A stretch of DNA of 64,000 bases from an uncultured Gemmatimonadales bacterium (GCA_963798845.1 CAWCUS010000002.1:800001-864000), one strand, 5' to 3'; positions 12,815 through 24,488 are shown, numbered from the stretch's first letter. The notes: generated from the letters alone by a model not told the origin. Numbers and translations are program-made.

Positions 12815-13651
12815 TCAGAGGTTCAATTTCTCGTTCGATCCACGGTACAGCGGAGCCACCACCGCCAGCACCGCGGCGTGGATCCCCGGCGCAGTGGCCA
12901 GGATGCCGTCCGGCTGGTTCGGGTCCGGCTTGTTGTAGTGCAGCCGCTCGCCCAGACAGTCCGTCACCGCGCCGCCGGCCTCCCGCAGGATGACTTCCGG
13001 CGCGCACGTGTCCCACTCCTTGAGGTACGGCACGGGATGCACGTAGACGTCCTGGCGGTCGTCGGCGATGAGGGCGCACTTGATCCCCACCGAGCCGCTC
13101 TGGGCGACGTCGCGTACCCCGAGCCGCTCCCGGATCTCCTCCACCACGGGGTCCGCGTGGGAGCGCGAGCCCACCATCCGAAGCGAACCCAGGTGGGCCG
13201 CCGCCCGACCCAGCGTACGACGCTCCCCCTGCCGCTCCACCCAGGCCCCCTGCCCCCGCGCGGCCGCGAAGAGCGCGTCGCCATCCGGCTGGTACACCAC
13301 GCCCAGCACCGCTTCGCCCGACTCCACCAGCCCGATCATGATGGAGAACTCCCCGTTCTGCGCCAGGAACTCCTTCGTGCCGTCCAGCGGGTCCACCACC
13401 CACACCCGGTCCGCGCTCAGCCGGCTCCGATCGTCCCGCGACTCCTCGGACAGGATCGCGTCCTTGGGAAATGCCGCCCTGAGACCGCCCACGATCACCG
13501 CGTTCGCCGCGTGGTCCGCTTCCGTTACCGGCGAGCCGCCAGGCTTCGAACGCGCTTTCACGTCGCCATAGAGCCTCATCGCCGCAGCGCCAGCCGCGCG
13601 CGCCAGACGGGTGGACACGCGAAGCTCGCGGGAAAGATAGGGAGTGGTCAC
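12815..13651 (-). CDS. cysQ: 3'(2'),5'-bisphosphate nucleotidase (PAP phosphatase)
   Basis: SPVTEAD, ILSEE, WVVDPLDGTKEF, SRSH and EWDTCA motifs; GTG start at 13651 inferred. Confidence 0.93.
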   Translation of the reverse strand: MTTPYLSRELRVSTRLARAAGAAAMRLYGDVKARSKPGGSPVTEADHAANAVIVGGLRAAFPKDAILSEESRDDRSRLSADRVWVVDPLDGTKEFLAQNGEFSIMIGLVESGEAVLGVVYQPDGDALFAAARGQGAWVERQGERRTLGRAAAHLGSLRMVGSRSHADPVVEEIRERLGVRDVAQSGSVGIKCALIADDRQDVYVHPVPYLKEWDTCAPEVILREAGGAVTDCLGERLHYNKPDPNQPDGILATAPGIHAAVLAVVAPLYRGSNEKLNL

Positions 13652-14082
13652 GGTCTGGAGGGGAAGTGGCGTGAAAGCGATGAACGGGAGACCCGCGACG
13701 CGCGCCCGCCCATCGGGCGAAACGAGCGTTGATGCCAACCAAGAGGGGATGGTACGGCACACACTCTCGGCGGGCAACGCCCCGACCGGGTGTGGCACGC
13801 CTGCATCATTGGAAGAGACAAGAATACGACAGCGGGAGCCCGGCGACGCCCGCTCCAGGCCCCCCGCCGGCGTTGATGGGTGGTGCTTTTCCCCGGAAAA
13901 TCGGGCTGTCCCTTTCCGCTGACTGCTCTGGAATCGCCGGGCTCCGCCGCCGCTGAACCCCATTGTAGTGCAACGTCCGGGCCGCGCCGATAGCGGGGCG
14001 GGACGACCTTCTTCGCCAGCGGGAAGGGCCGGAAACGCCCGCACTAGAACTCGCGGGTGCCTTCGGTGTATCTTCGCTCCTC

Positions 14083-16074
<1,992 letters not shown>

Positions 16075-16090
16075 GGCGGCCGCCGCCTCC

Positions 16091-16875
16091 CCGGGTCCCC
16101 GTCCCCGTCCTCCTCCCCGTTCGCCGTCCGGGTTTTCCCGCAGATGAAAGGAAAGCGCCTGAAACTGCCGTGACGTAGTCCCGTCATCGCGCGGAAGCGC
16201 CCGCCGCACTGGCCTTACCTACGGGAACTGCCGGACGCGGACGTGGAGGCGGACCGGGACGAGGAAACTACGGTGCGGCTTCCGGGCGGTTGGTTCACTC
16301 CACCGGGTCCCACCGGCGGAGGAGAGCAGTGAGCATGGCGCACACCCTGTCCGCCATGACCAGCGCCTCGTCCACTTTCTTCCGGTCCGCCAGATCGAAA
16401 AGCCGGATCTCCGTCAGGGCTGCGGCGCATTCGTTCGCGGAGGCTCGGGCGGTCACGTACCGTTCCGCTTTCGCGCCCGGCCGGTACTTGCCGGCGCCTT
16501 CCGCGATGTTGAGGTGCACGGAGCGGGCGGAGCGGAGCGCCTGGTCGCGCAGGTCCGCGCAGCCACGGGGGAGCTGAGCGCAGACCTCCCGCACGAGCCC
16601 GAGCAGATCCAGGGAGCGCGCGTGCACCTGCAGCTTCTCGAACTCGAACCGGGTCGCGGGCATGGCAGCGTGCCGGTGAGGAAGCGACGGTGTGGGCAGG
16701 GCGAGAATGCCGCTGAATCCGGGGCACGGCCATGGCTTGGCGGGCCACTTTCCATGGGCCACCCCCATCATCCTCCTCCGCGTCCCCGCCCGGCCGTTCC
16801 CGTCGGCTGCATCGGTGCGCCAGGCGCCTCGTCGCGGCGTCCGGGAAAACCAGGATGGAGACGACGCGGACCCGG
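16091..16875. repeat. Four hexamer-periodic tracts forming two nested imperfect inverted-repeat pairs around the four-helix-bundle gene
   Basis: A 16091-16140 (CCGGGTCCCCGTC...TCCGGGTTTTCCCG) matches the reverse complement of D 16842-16875 (CCGGGTCCGCGTC...TCCTGGTTTTCCCG); reverse complement of B 16222-16248 matches C 16776-16802 at 23/27. Confidence 0.7.
16295..16663 (-). CDS. Four-helix-bundle protein (23S rRNA IVS protein / Avd-like fold)
   Basis: FEKLQVHARS, DLRDQALRSARSVHLNIAEG and ARASANECAA match the family signature F..L.V...A / DQ..RA..S...NIAEG / A.GS..E. Confidence 0.9.
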   Translation of the reverse strand: MPATRFEFEKLQVHARSLDLLGLVREVCAQLPRGCADLRDQALRSARSVHLNIAEGAGKYRPGAKAERYVTARASANECAAALTEIRLFDLADRKKVDEALVMADRVCAMLTALLRRWDPVE

Positions 16876-16901
16876 AGCTACCCTTCAGGGACCGCGATCG
16901 C

Positions 16902-18731
16902 TCAGCCCCCCGCCGCCACCTCCCTCCACCTGGGGTGGCCCCTGAGCTTCGTCCACCAGCCCTGCTCCCCGAAGTCCGTGCCGGGGTTGGCCGCGGCGTA
17001 GTGCTTCAGGAGGTCGATGGCGTGGTCGTCGTCGCCGAGGCGGCTCCACATCTCGCCCTCCAGCAGGAGCAGGTCCCGGGTCGGGTCCACCTGCTCGGTG
17101 ATCCGCGCGTGGGCCCGGGCGAGGACGGCGCGGGCGCTGTCGGGCAGGTCGGCGCGGGCGAGAATGCCGCCGATGGCGAGGCGCGCGCGGGCGACCTCCC
17201 AGTCCCGCTGGTTCACGGGGGCGAGGGAGTCGAGGGCGGCCAGGAGGTCCCAGGCGGCGGGGACGTCGGGCTCCACGGCGTCGGTGTTCATGGCGAGGAG
17301 CTGGCAGGCGACGAACCGGTAGTTGCCGGGGAAGCGCTCGCGCCCGGTGTCGCACCAGCGGGCCATCTCCCGGTACTGCCCGAGGTTGAGCGACGCGCTG
17401 GCGATGCGCCAGATCACCAGGTCCGCATCGGCCAGGTAGGCGTCCTCCTCGTACGCCTTGCGGCCGGCCAGGACGGCGGCGGTGAGGTCCGGGGCGTTCA
17501 GGTAGAGGTGGCTGAGGCAGGCGTACGCGCTGGCCAGGCGATCGTCGATGTCCACGGCGCGCTCCAGGTCCGCGCGGGCGCTGCGGAACAGCGCGTCGCT
17601 CTCGTCGCGCTCGGGGACGACCCCCATGAGCCAGTGCCAGTACTTCAGCGTGCCGCGCACTTCCAGCGCGCGGGCGTCGTTCGGGTCCAGGTCGAGCGCC
17701 ACCTGCACGCGCTCGAGGCCGCGATCCACCCACGCCTCCATGTCGTCCAGGTCCGTGCCGAGCCGGGAGCGCCGGAACGCGACGAGGCCCCGCAGCACCG
17801 CGGGCTCCGGCCAGGCGGGGTCGAGCAGCTGAGCCTGCACGAGGAGCGAGTCGGCGCGGCCGAACGCGGTGGCCATGGCCCCGGCGTCGCCCTCGAGCAG
17901 GGCGTCCTCCGCCTGCTTCCGCTCGAACTCCGCGCGCTGGTACAGCGTCCACGCGGCCAGGCTCTCCGTCTGCCGCTTGGTGTGCCGCAGCTGCACCTGG
18001 TGGCCGAGCAGCCCGCGCAGCAGCCGCGCCGTCTCCTCCGCCACCGCATCCCTCGCCGCCAGCAGCTCGGCGGCCGGCCGCTCCAGCACCGCGCGGTCGA
18101 ACTCCACGCCGCTCTGGCCGTCCACCAGCCGGACGACGACGCGCACGTCGTCGCCCACCTTCTCCACCGCGCCGTCCACCACCGTCCCCGCCTTCAGCGC
18201 ACGCCCGACGCTGTCCAGCGGCACACGGGCCTCGCGGTACGGCGCTACGGCGTTGCGGGAGAGCACGTCCAGACCGGAGACCTCCGAGAGCTCGTCGATG
18301 AGCGACTCCGTCAGCCCATCGGCCACCGGGCGCAGCTCACCGGCGGCCGACAGGTCGACGAAGTAAGGGACGGCGACGCGGCCCAGGTCCAGCGCCGACG
18401 CCTCCGCGGCCGCGAGCGCCCGACGCTGCGACCAGTAGTCGTAAGCCGACGAGCCGCTGAACCCGAGAACCGCCAGCGCCACCACCGCGATGGTGACGAT
18501 CTCCTGCACCGGCGCCTTCTGCTTCCCCTTCTCCCCGTGGTACCACCCCACCAGGACCGCCACCACGATCCCGGCCGCAAACCAGGCCAGGGCGATCGTG
18601 TAGACCACCCGCGGCAGCACCTCGCGGTCCACGAGCTGGTCGAACACCTCCAGGCCGATCCAGCCGGCCGCCAGGTACGCCGCCACGATCTGGAAGAGAC
18701 GCCGCTCCTTCATGCGCTCGAACATGCCCAT
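16902..18731 (-). CDS. Membrane-anchored TolB-N/FlgO-like plus TPR protein (putative sensor, no catalytic domain seen)
   Basis: N-terminal 'KERRLFQIVAAYLAAGW...GWYHGEKG' three-TM module, then 'RVAVPYFVDLS...ADGLTESLIDELS...VLSRNAV' domain and TPR-like helices. Confidence 0.75.
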   Translation of the reverse strand: MGMFERMKERRLFQIVAAYLAAGWIGLEVFDQLVDREVLPRVVYTIALAWFAAGIVVAVLVGWYHGEKGKQKAPVQEIVTIAVVALAVLGFSGSSAYDYWSQRRALAAAEASALDLGRVAVPYFVDLSAAGELRPVADGLTESLIDELSEVSGLDVLSRNAVAPYREARVPLDSVGRALKAGTVVDGAVEKVGDDVRVVVRLVDGQSGVEFDRAVLERPAAELLAARDAVAEETARLLRGLLGHQVQLRHTKRQTESLAAWTLYQRAEFERKQAEDALLEGDAGAMATAFGRADSLLVQAQLLDPAWPEPAVLRGLVAFRRSRLGTDLDDMEAWVDRGLERVQVALDLDPNDARALEVRGTLKYWHWLMGVVPERDESDALFRSARADLERAVDIDDRLASAYACLSHLYLNAPDLTAAVLAGRKAYEEDAYLADADLVIWRIASASLNLGQYREMARWCDTGRERFPGNYRFVACQLLAMNTDAVEPDVPAAWDLLAALDSLAPVNQRDWEVARARLAIGGILARADLPDSARAVLARAHARITEQVDPTRDLLLLEGEMWSRLGDDDHAIDLLKHYAAANPGTDFGEQGWWTKLRGHPRWREVAAGG

Positions 18732-18769
18732 GGTGGTCCCGGGGTGAAGGGGAAGCCGGTTCTAGATGG

Positions 18770-20971
18770 TCATTGCAGCCCCGTTGGCGCGGGAATCCAG
18801 TCCGTGGGGCGCGGGAGGACTGCCTCGTCCGTCACCAGCACCCAGGACTCCGGCTCCGACAACGAAGCTGCCCTCCGCACCCACCACCTGCGCCCAGCTC
18901 GCCAGGTCCGGAACCTCGAACGCCCAGATCGCTCGGCCGGCGCCCTGGATGTATGCGAACGCGATCCAGTTGCCGTCCGGCGAGACCACCGGGTCGGAAA
19001 CCTCGACGGACGTGTCGGAGGCAGGCGTGAGCGGCGTGTATGACCCGTCCGACACGTCCATTACGTAGAGGTGGAAGTTCGCCTCGTACACGATGTGGCC
19101 GTTTCCGAGCCAGGCGAGCGACCTGGGTTCGTGGGCGCCGACGATGTACTCGGTGGGCGTCTGGAACTCCGTGCTGAAGTATTCGAGGATCACGATCTTC
19201 CAGGAGCCGCCGCAGTCGGTGGTGTACGCCAGCGCGGACCCGTCCGGAGACCACGCCGGGCTGAGGCTGGTGCAGGGGTTCGTGGTCAGCTCGGCCCCAT
19301 CAGTGACCCGCACGTCGGACTCCGACTGGTCGTACCCGAACACCGGAACCGTGTAGATGTCGAAGTTCAGCGGTGAAACGATGTAGGGCGGCGCAGCATA
19401 GGCGATGAGACCGCCCGACGGACGCCAGTCGGGCTCGATGGGGACGACCCCGTTCGTATTCAGGGTGGACGTCTCCTTCGATGCGAGACTCATCACGCCC
19501 AGAGTCGCCGAGGGCTCCGCGCCGGTCACGTAGGCGGCGTGAGCGCTCCACGCGAGCGAACCGTCCAAGACCACTCCGTCCCGATCGTCCGTGGCGTCCG
19601 ACACCAGCAATTCCGCCGTTCCGCCCGGCGTCAGGGCGAACAGGTCGACGCTGCGCTGTTGTCCGGGTTCTCCGCCTCGAAGATGATCGTGCCGGGCAGG
19701 TCGGACCCGACCTCTTCGTACGGCGTCAGGAAGAGGTCGCTGAAGTCGTTGGCCATGCCGCCGACCACGCGCGTGGTGCGTTGCGCGTAGGCGGGCGGGA
19801 CCAGCCAGTCGAAGGCGAGGCGGAGGGTGGAGCGGAACGAGGTCAGGGCACCGACCGCCGCCGGCGCGCAGCTGAGCAGATCGGTGGCATCGACTGGTGT
19901 GAGAAGCGTCAGGATGGACGGCGCCCCGACCACGTAGTCCGCCTTGCCGATCTGCAGGCTCTCCGGGCTGTCGTTCAGGAGCGCGCTGTAGTCGCAGATG
20001 CCGACGAGGACCGGGTTGGTGAACTGCCCGGGATCCGGGAATAGCAGGTAGCGGTAGCAGTCCCACTGGGCGAGATCGGCGTCGTAGTAGCAGGTGTAGC
20101 CGTCGTCGATCTCGTCGTCCGTGAACCGCTGGTCGATGACGAGCGTGTACTCCGCGCCCTCGCCGAGCCCGGGCAGGTCGCCGGGCTGGAACCGCACGCC
20201 GGTGGTGTTGAAGCCGGCCCGCGGGTCGAAGAGGAAGAAGTCGCCGCCCGTCCCGGGGTCCACCTGTTCCACCGCGCAGTTGGTCAAACACAGATCGGGG
20301 TCGGGATAGCCGCCGTTGCCGTGGAACGCGAGGAGCCCGTTGGCGACGTCGTACTCGTATGCCGCGACGTCGATGCGGAACTTGATGGGCAGCATCCGGC
20401 CGTCCTTCAGGCCGATCATGTCGTCGCTGGACAGGTTCTTGATGTCCTTGCCGCTCTCGGCCAGCTGGAAGTCGGCGTAGCCCAGCTCGAACGCCCCGTC
20501 GTCGCCATCGAGGGTGATGATGATCCGGTAGGTGACCTGGGCGCCGTCCGCGACGGAGGTCCGGAGCGTATACGGCGCCTCGGCGGTACCGAATACCGCC
20601 TTGGTGTCGAACTGGAGATGGTACTGGCCGTCCTGGACGAGGATGCCATTCCCGACCGTGTACGTGGCGATCGGGCTCGGGGCGCCTTCGCATGTCTCGC
20701 CGCCGGTTGCCGCCTGGCAGATGATCGTCAACCTCGGATCCGCGTCGGGATCGAACAGCCCGAAGGACGCGGCCGGATCGACGGACACCATGGGCGCGAG
20801 CCAGAAGAAGTGGGGGTTGCCGGTCACGCCGGCATCCTGGTGCAGGGCGTCGGTGATGCCGGCGCGCGCGCCATCGGGGTAGAGTGCGGGTTCGGGGCCG
20901 GTGGCATCGGAGCAGGCGGTGCCGAGTCCGAACGAGGCTGCCAGGACAAGGAGCAATGCGGGTCGTCGCAT
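18770..20971 (-). CDS. Lipoprotein with unknown N-terminal beta-rich region and C-terminal TolB-like (PD40) beta-propeller; split by indels at ~19655 and ~18872
   Basis: MRRPALLLVLAASFGLGTAC lipobox; the next frame continues VDLFALTPGG with PDWRPSG, PAWSPDG and PVVSPDG repeats; the alternative final frame ends ...PRPTDWIPAPTGLQ* at 18770. Confidence 0.72.
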
Positions 20972-21050
20972 GAGGAGATTCCTCTTCGAAGTGGTCTGTG
21001 GGTCGTCGGTGTCGGGGCCCGGCGGACAGCGCCGCCGGGCCGGCATCGCC

Positions 21051-22199
21051 CTAGATCTCGGTGCCCTCGCTGATCCAGGGGCTGCGGGTGACGGCGAGCT
21101 CCAGGACGTAGTCGCCGTCGCCATCGGAGAAGCGCTGGCGGAAGCGGGCCTCGCCGTCGCCGGCCTTCACGGCGTGCTCGAGGACGCTCCGTCCCAGGAT
21201 GAAGGTGTGGTCGGCGATGTAGTCCTCGTTGAGGAAGGTGCCGAGCCACGTGATGAGCGAGCCGGCACCGGCGACCACGGCGATGGGGGCGCCGGCGCGC
21301 CGGAGGGCGGAGAGGTAGCGGGCGGTGGCGGCGAAAACGCCCTGCGCGACCGCGTCCATCTCCTCCAGCGTGCCGCCGACGTGCTCCCAGAGCGAGACGA
21401 CGACGGCGAGGGTGGGCGGCAGCTCCATGGGCGCACCGCCCGGGCCCCAGATGCGCCCTTCGCCCGGGGTGAAGCGGCGGAACTCGCCCGTGTCCACGTC
21501 GGGGAAGACGCGGCTCCGGAGCGTGGATGGGTGTTTCCCGCCGACGTCCACGGCACCGAACACCCAGTACGGCTCGTCCGCGCCCGCCAGGTCCCACCCG
21601 GTCTCGTCGTCGCACTTGAAGCAGGTGGCCTTGACCACGCACTTCATGGTCGGACGCGAGTGGCGGCCGTGGTCGGCGGCGACCGTGAGGCCGCACCCGA
21701 AGCCTGCCAGGACGGAGGGCGGGAGCACGGGCCGGTCGGAGAGCGTGAGCGGGCCGGCCAGAATCGCGCCGGCGTCCAGGATCAGCGTGTTCTCCTTTGC
21801 CAGGAGCCCCTCCTGGACGGGCTGGAGCCACTCCGCCATCTCCTTGAACGTCACCGCCTCATCCGACTTCAGAACCCCGAACATGCCGGGGAAGAACGTC
21901 TCCCGGACGTCCCGGTCCATCTCGGCGTACAGGCGACCCTGGTCCTTCAGCTTCGCCTCGCCAAGCCCGCTCGCCATCAGCGCGTCGACGATCACTTCCT
22001 CCGCCTGCGACAGCGGCGCGCCGATGCGCAGCTTCTCGCACCCGTGCAGCGTCAGCGCCAGCAGCCAGTTCCGCTCCCGGTTCGCGGCCAGCTTCTGGTG
22101 CAGGATATGACCCCGGCCGGTGTCGGCCGCGAGGTCGCTCAGGATCCGGTCCGATGGCTGGACCGCGCGGCGTCCGATAAAGCCGGACAGTCTGGTCAC
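21051..22199 (-). CDS. Hypothetical protein (acidic beta-strand motifs with an inserted hydrophobic helical segment)
   Basis: GTG start with AGGAGG RBS; 382 aa with normal composition; FKCDDETGWD..GADEPYWVFG, FPDVDTG and SLWEH motifs. Confidence 0.8.
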   Translation of the reverse strand: MTRLSGFIGRRAVQPSDRILSDLAADTGRGHILHQKLAANRERNWLLALTLHGCEKLRIGAPLSQAEEVIVDALMASGLGEAKLKDQGRLYAEMDRDVRETFFPGMFGVLKSDEAVTFKEMAEWLQPVQEGLLAKENTLILDAGAILAGPLTLSDRPVLPPSVLAGFGCGLTVAADHGRHSRPTMKCVVKATCFKCDDETGWDLAGADEPYWVFGAVDVGGKHPSTLRSRVFPDVDTGEFRRFTPGEGRIWGPGGAPMELPPTLAVVVSLWEHVGGTLEEMDAVAQGVFAATARYLSALRRAGAPIAVVAGAGSLITWLGTFLNEDYIADHTFILGRSVLEHAVKAGDGEARFRQRFSDGDGDYVLELAVTRSPWISEGTEI

Positions 22200-22285
22200 A
22201 ACGCCTCCTGATCTGGGAATGGGAGGTCAGGCGGTTCCGGGGCTGTCCCGCACGGCTCGCTTCCCCGGAACGGGGGAATGGGCGC

Positions 22286-22320
22286 AATGTATTCCGGGGC
22301 CGTCACGCGGCCGTCACGCG
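22286..22320 (-). promoter_or_regulatory. Putative SARP-dependent promoter: two direct repeats with 11-bp period, then a -10 box
   Basis: Minus strand reads GCGTGACG-gcc-GCGTGACG-gccccggaa-TACATT, upstream of the 22199 gene. Confidence 0.55.
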
Positions 22321-22364
22321 CCGACGGGCCGCCGGAGCTGGCTGGCCGGGAGGGCTGGCCGGGG

Positions 22365-22544
22365 GGGCTGGCCGGGCGGGCGGACCGGGCGAGCTGACTT
22401 GGCGGGCGGCCGGGGCGGCGGGCCGGGTGAGCGGACCGGGCGGGAGATCGGGCGGGCAGACGCGGGCGGGTGGACGCGGGCGGGCTGGCCGGGCGGGCGG
22501 ACCGGGCGAGCTGACTTGGCGGGCGGCCGGGGCGGCGGGCCGGG
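22365..22544 (+). repeat. Perfect 63-bp G-rich direct repeat, 2 copies, 117-bp period
   Basis: 22365-22427 is identical to 22482-22544 (GGGCTGGCCGGGCGGGCGGACCGGGCGAGCTGACTTGGCGGGCGGCCGGGGCGGCGGGCCGGG). Confidence 0.92.
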
Positions 22545-22622
22545 GGGTGGCGGGGGGTGGCACGGGGTGGCGGGGGGCTGCGGAGGCGGGTTGGAGGGCC
22601 GGGGTGTCGTGGTCGAGAATGT

Positions 22623-22728
22623 CTCCAGGTGGAGCGAACCAGGGCGGGCAAAATGTACCGCTAAGATGTTGTGTCGCAATGGTTTGTGAGGATTACGCGG
22701 GAGTGGTGATTCTCTCCAGCTGGAGAGA
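22623..22728. promoter_or_regulatory. Symmetric site: CTCCAGSTGGAG palindrome, N27, inverted IHF-like pair, N27, CTCCAGSTGGAG palindrome
   Basis: CTCCAGGTGGAG 22623-34; TAAGATGTTG-N5-CAATGGTTTG 22662-86; perfect 18-bp palindrome TCTCTCCAGCTGGAGAGA 22711-28. Confidence 0.45.
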
Positions 22729-22745
22729 GATCCGCGGGAGGAGGG

Positions 22746-24488
22746 TCAGGCGAGGGCGCCGGGGCGATCGAGGAAGAGGGAAGCGGCGAGGTCGGGGAAC
22801 CAGGGCTGGGCCTGGAGGCAGCGTGTGAAGGGCCAGGGTCGGAGGAAGGCGACGAGGCCATCGTGCTCGGCGAGGGCGCGCTGGAGCGCGGCGCGGGCGT
22901 CATCGATCTCGCCGCGGCCGGCGTGGACCATGGCGAGGGCGAAGGGTGGGACGTAGTGTCCACGCTGCGTGGCGTTGAGGAGGCGGTGGAGGATCCTGAG
23001 GCTGCCGTGGTCGTCGCCGGCGCGGGCGAGGACGTGCCCGAGCGAAGCCAGCATGAAGGGGTTGGCGGGGGAGACGTCGAGGGCGCGGCGGAGGTGGACG
23101 GCGGCCTCGGCGGGGTTGCCCTGGAGCTCGCGGAGCATGCCGAGCTGCCAGAGTGCCTGGGGGGCGTCGGGGTCGAGCTCGAGAGTATCCCAGACGTGGC
23201 GTTCGGCGCGGTCGATGTCGCCGGCGCCGATGTGGACCCAGGCCTCGCCGGTGCCGATGGGAATCGAGACCGGGTCGAGGAGGCGGGCGCGCCGGATGGA
23301 AGCGCGGGCCTCGTCGTGCTGCTGGAGGCTGGCGTGGACGAGGCCGATGCCCCAGTGGGCGAAGGGGAGGTGCGGCGCGACGTCGCGGGCGTGGTGGAGC
23401 CGTTCGAGCGCGTCGTCCACTCGGCGGTCGTACACGTGGGCTTTCATGCCGAGGGCCACGTGGGCCTCGGGGAGGTCCGGCTCCAGGGCGAGCGCCCGGC
23501 GCGCGGCGGCTTCCCCGCGCGGAAACGCGATCTCCGGCGGGAGGTGTGCGAAGTGGCCGAGGACGCAGTAGGCCAGGGCGGTGCCGGCGTGCGCCGAGGG
23601 GGAGTCCGGGTCGAGGGCGGTGGCCCGGGTGAAGTGGGCGAGGGCGCGCTCAATGGCCTCGACGCGCCAGCGCCGGAAGTGGTAGAGCCCGCGCCGCACC
23701 TCCTCGCCGGCGGTGAGCGGGCCGGGAGGCGTGCCGCGGGCTCCACTGCCCCGGCCCGTGCCCGGGAAGAGGCCGGCCCCGGGCTCGGGCGGGATCGGCT
23801 CGACCTGGAGTGTAAGCCCGAGGTCGCCCTCCACACGACGACGCAGCCGGTCCCGTTCCGCAAGCGCTCGTCCGCGCTCGCCCGTCTCCAGGAGCAGCGC
23901 CACCAGCCGCTCGCTGCGGGGCTCGCTGAACGGATCGATCTCGAGCAATCGCCCCAGCCACCGCGCCTCCGCGTGGCGGTCCCCGTCGGCGCGGGCGTCG
24001 GCGATCAGGCGGCCGACGGCGTCCAGCACCGCACGCTCGTACCGCTGCCGGGTCTCGTCGGTCCAGCGCTCGAACTCCGGCGACTCGGATAGGTGGAACC
24101 CGTCGAGGAAAGGCCCGGTGTAGAATCCGACCACATCCCCGGGGCGGTCACCCGCCAGCGCTTCCTCCAGGGCGGACGTGTCCGCCCAGCAGCCGGCGGG
24201 CGAAAGGCACAGCGTCTCCTCCGTGTCGCACGCCAGCACGTCGCTGCCGGCCGCGTGACGAACACGGGTGAGGAGCTGGCGCAGGGCGTGCCGCGCGTGG
24301 TGGCGGTTCCGCTCGGGCCACAGCAGCGCCGTGATGAGCTCGCGACGTCGGGGCGTGCCCGGGGGCGCCGTGGCCAGGTACGCGAACAGCGCCATGATCT
24401 TCGCGCTGCCGAGGATGCCGGGGATCTCCCGGCCCCCGTCCGCCAGGACGCGTGGCGAGCCCAGCAGCCGAAGGATCAGCGTCTGCAC
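22746..24488 (-). CDS. SARP-family (OmpR-like wHTH plus BTAD) transcriptional regulator with C-terminal TPR repeats
   Basis: LRLLGSP, ALFAYLA, RELITALLWPE, ARHALRQLL, YTGPFLDGF...EFERW and IDPFSE motifs; TPR repeats follow. Confidence 0.88.
   Translation of the reverse strand: MQTLILRLLGSPRVLADGGREIPGILGSAKIMALFAYLATAPPGTPRRRELITALLWPERNRHHARHALRQLLTRVRHAAGSDVLACDTEETLCLSPAGCWADTSALEEALAGDRPGDVVGFYTGPFLDGFHLSESPEFERWTDETRQRYERAVLDAVGRLIADARADGDRHAEARWLGRLLEIDPFSEPRSERLVALLLETGERGRALAERDRLRRRVEGDLGLTLQVEPIPPEPGAGLFPGTGRGSGARGTPPGPLTAGEEVRRGLYHFRRWRVEAIERALAHFTRATALDPDSPSAHAGTALAYCVLGHFAHLPPEIAFPRGEAAARRALALEPDLPEAHVALGMKAHVYDRRVDDALERLHHARDVAPHLPFAHWGIGLVHASLQQHDEARASIRRARLLDPVSIPIGTGEAWVHIGAGDIDRAERHVWDTLELDPDAPQALWQLGMLRELQGNPAEAAVHLRRALDVSPANPFMLASLGHVLARAGDDHGSLRILHRLLNATQRGHYVPPFALAMVHAGRGEIDDARAALQRALAEHDGLVAFLRPWPFTRCLQAQPWFPDLAASLFLDRPGALA

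Noticed and set aside
13950..14082. LexA/SOS box upstream of uvrB, and a TTG-N5-CAA motif like that at 22669
   Set aside because: No recognisable SOS palindrome; the motif lacks the YAA-N4-TTG match and the flanking palindromes.
16295..16663. Diversity-generating retroelement or rRNA intervening sequence
   Set aside because: Only the Avd-like fold is present; no reverse transcriptase, TR/VR pair or rRNA sequence was seen in the window.
22196..22828. ORFs across the G-rich repeat region
   Set aside because: Low-complexity Gly/Arg/Pro translations of repeats with no RBS or recognisable domain.
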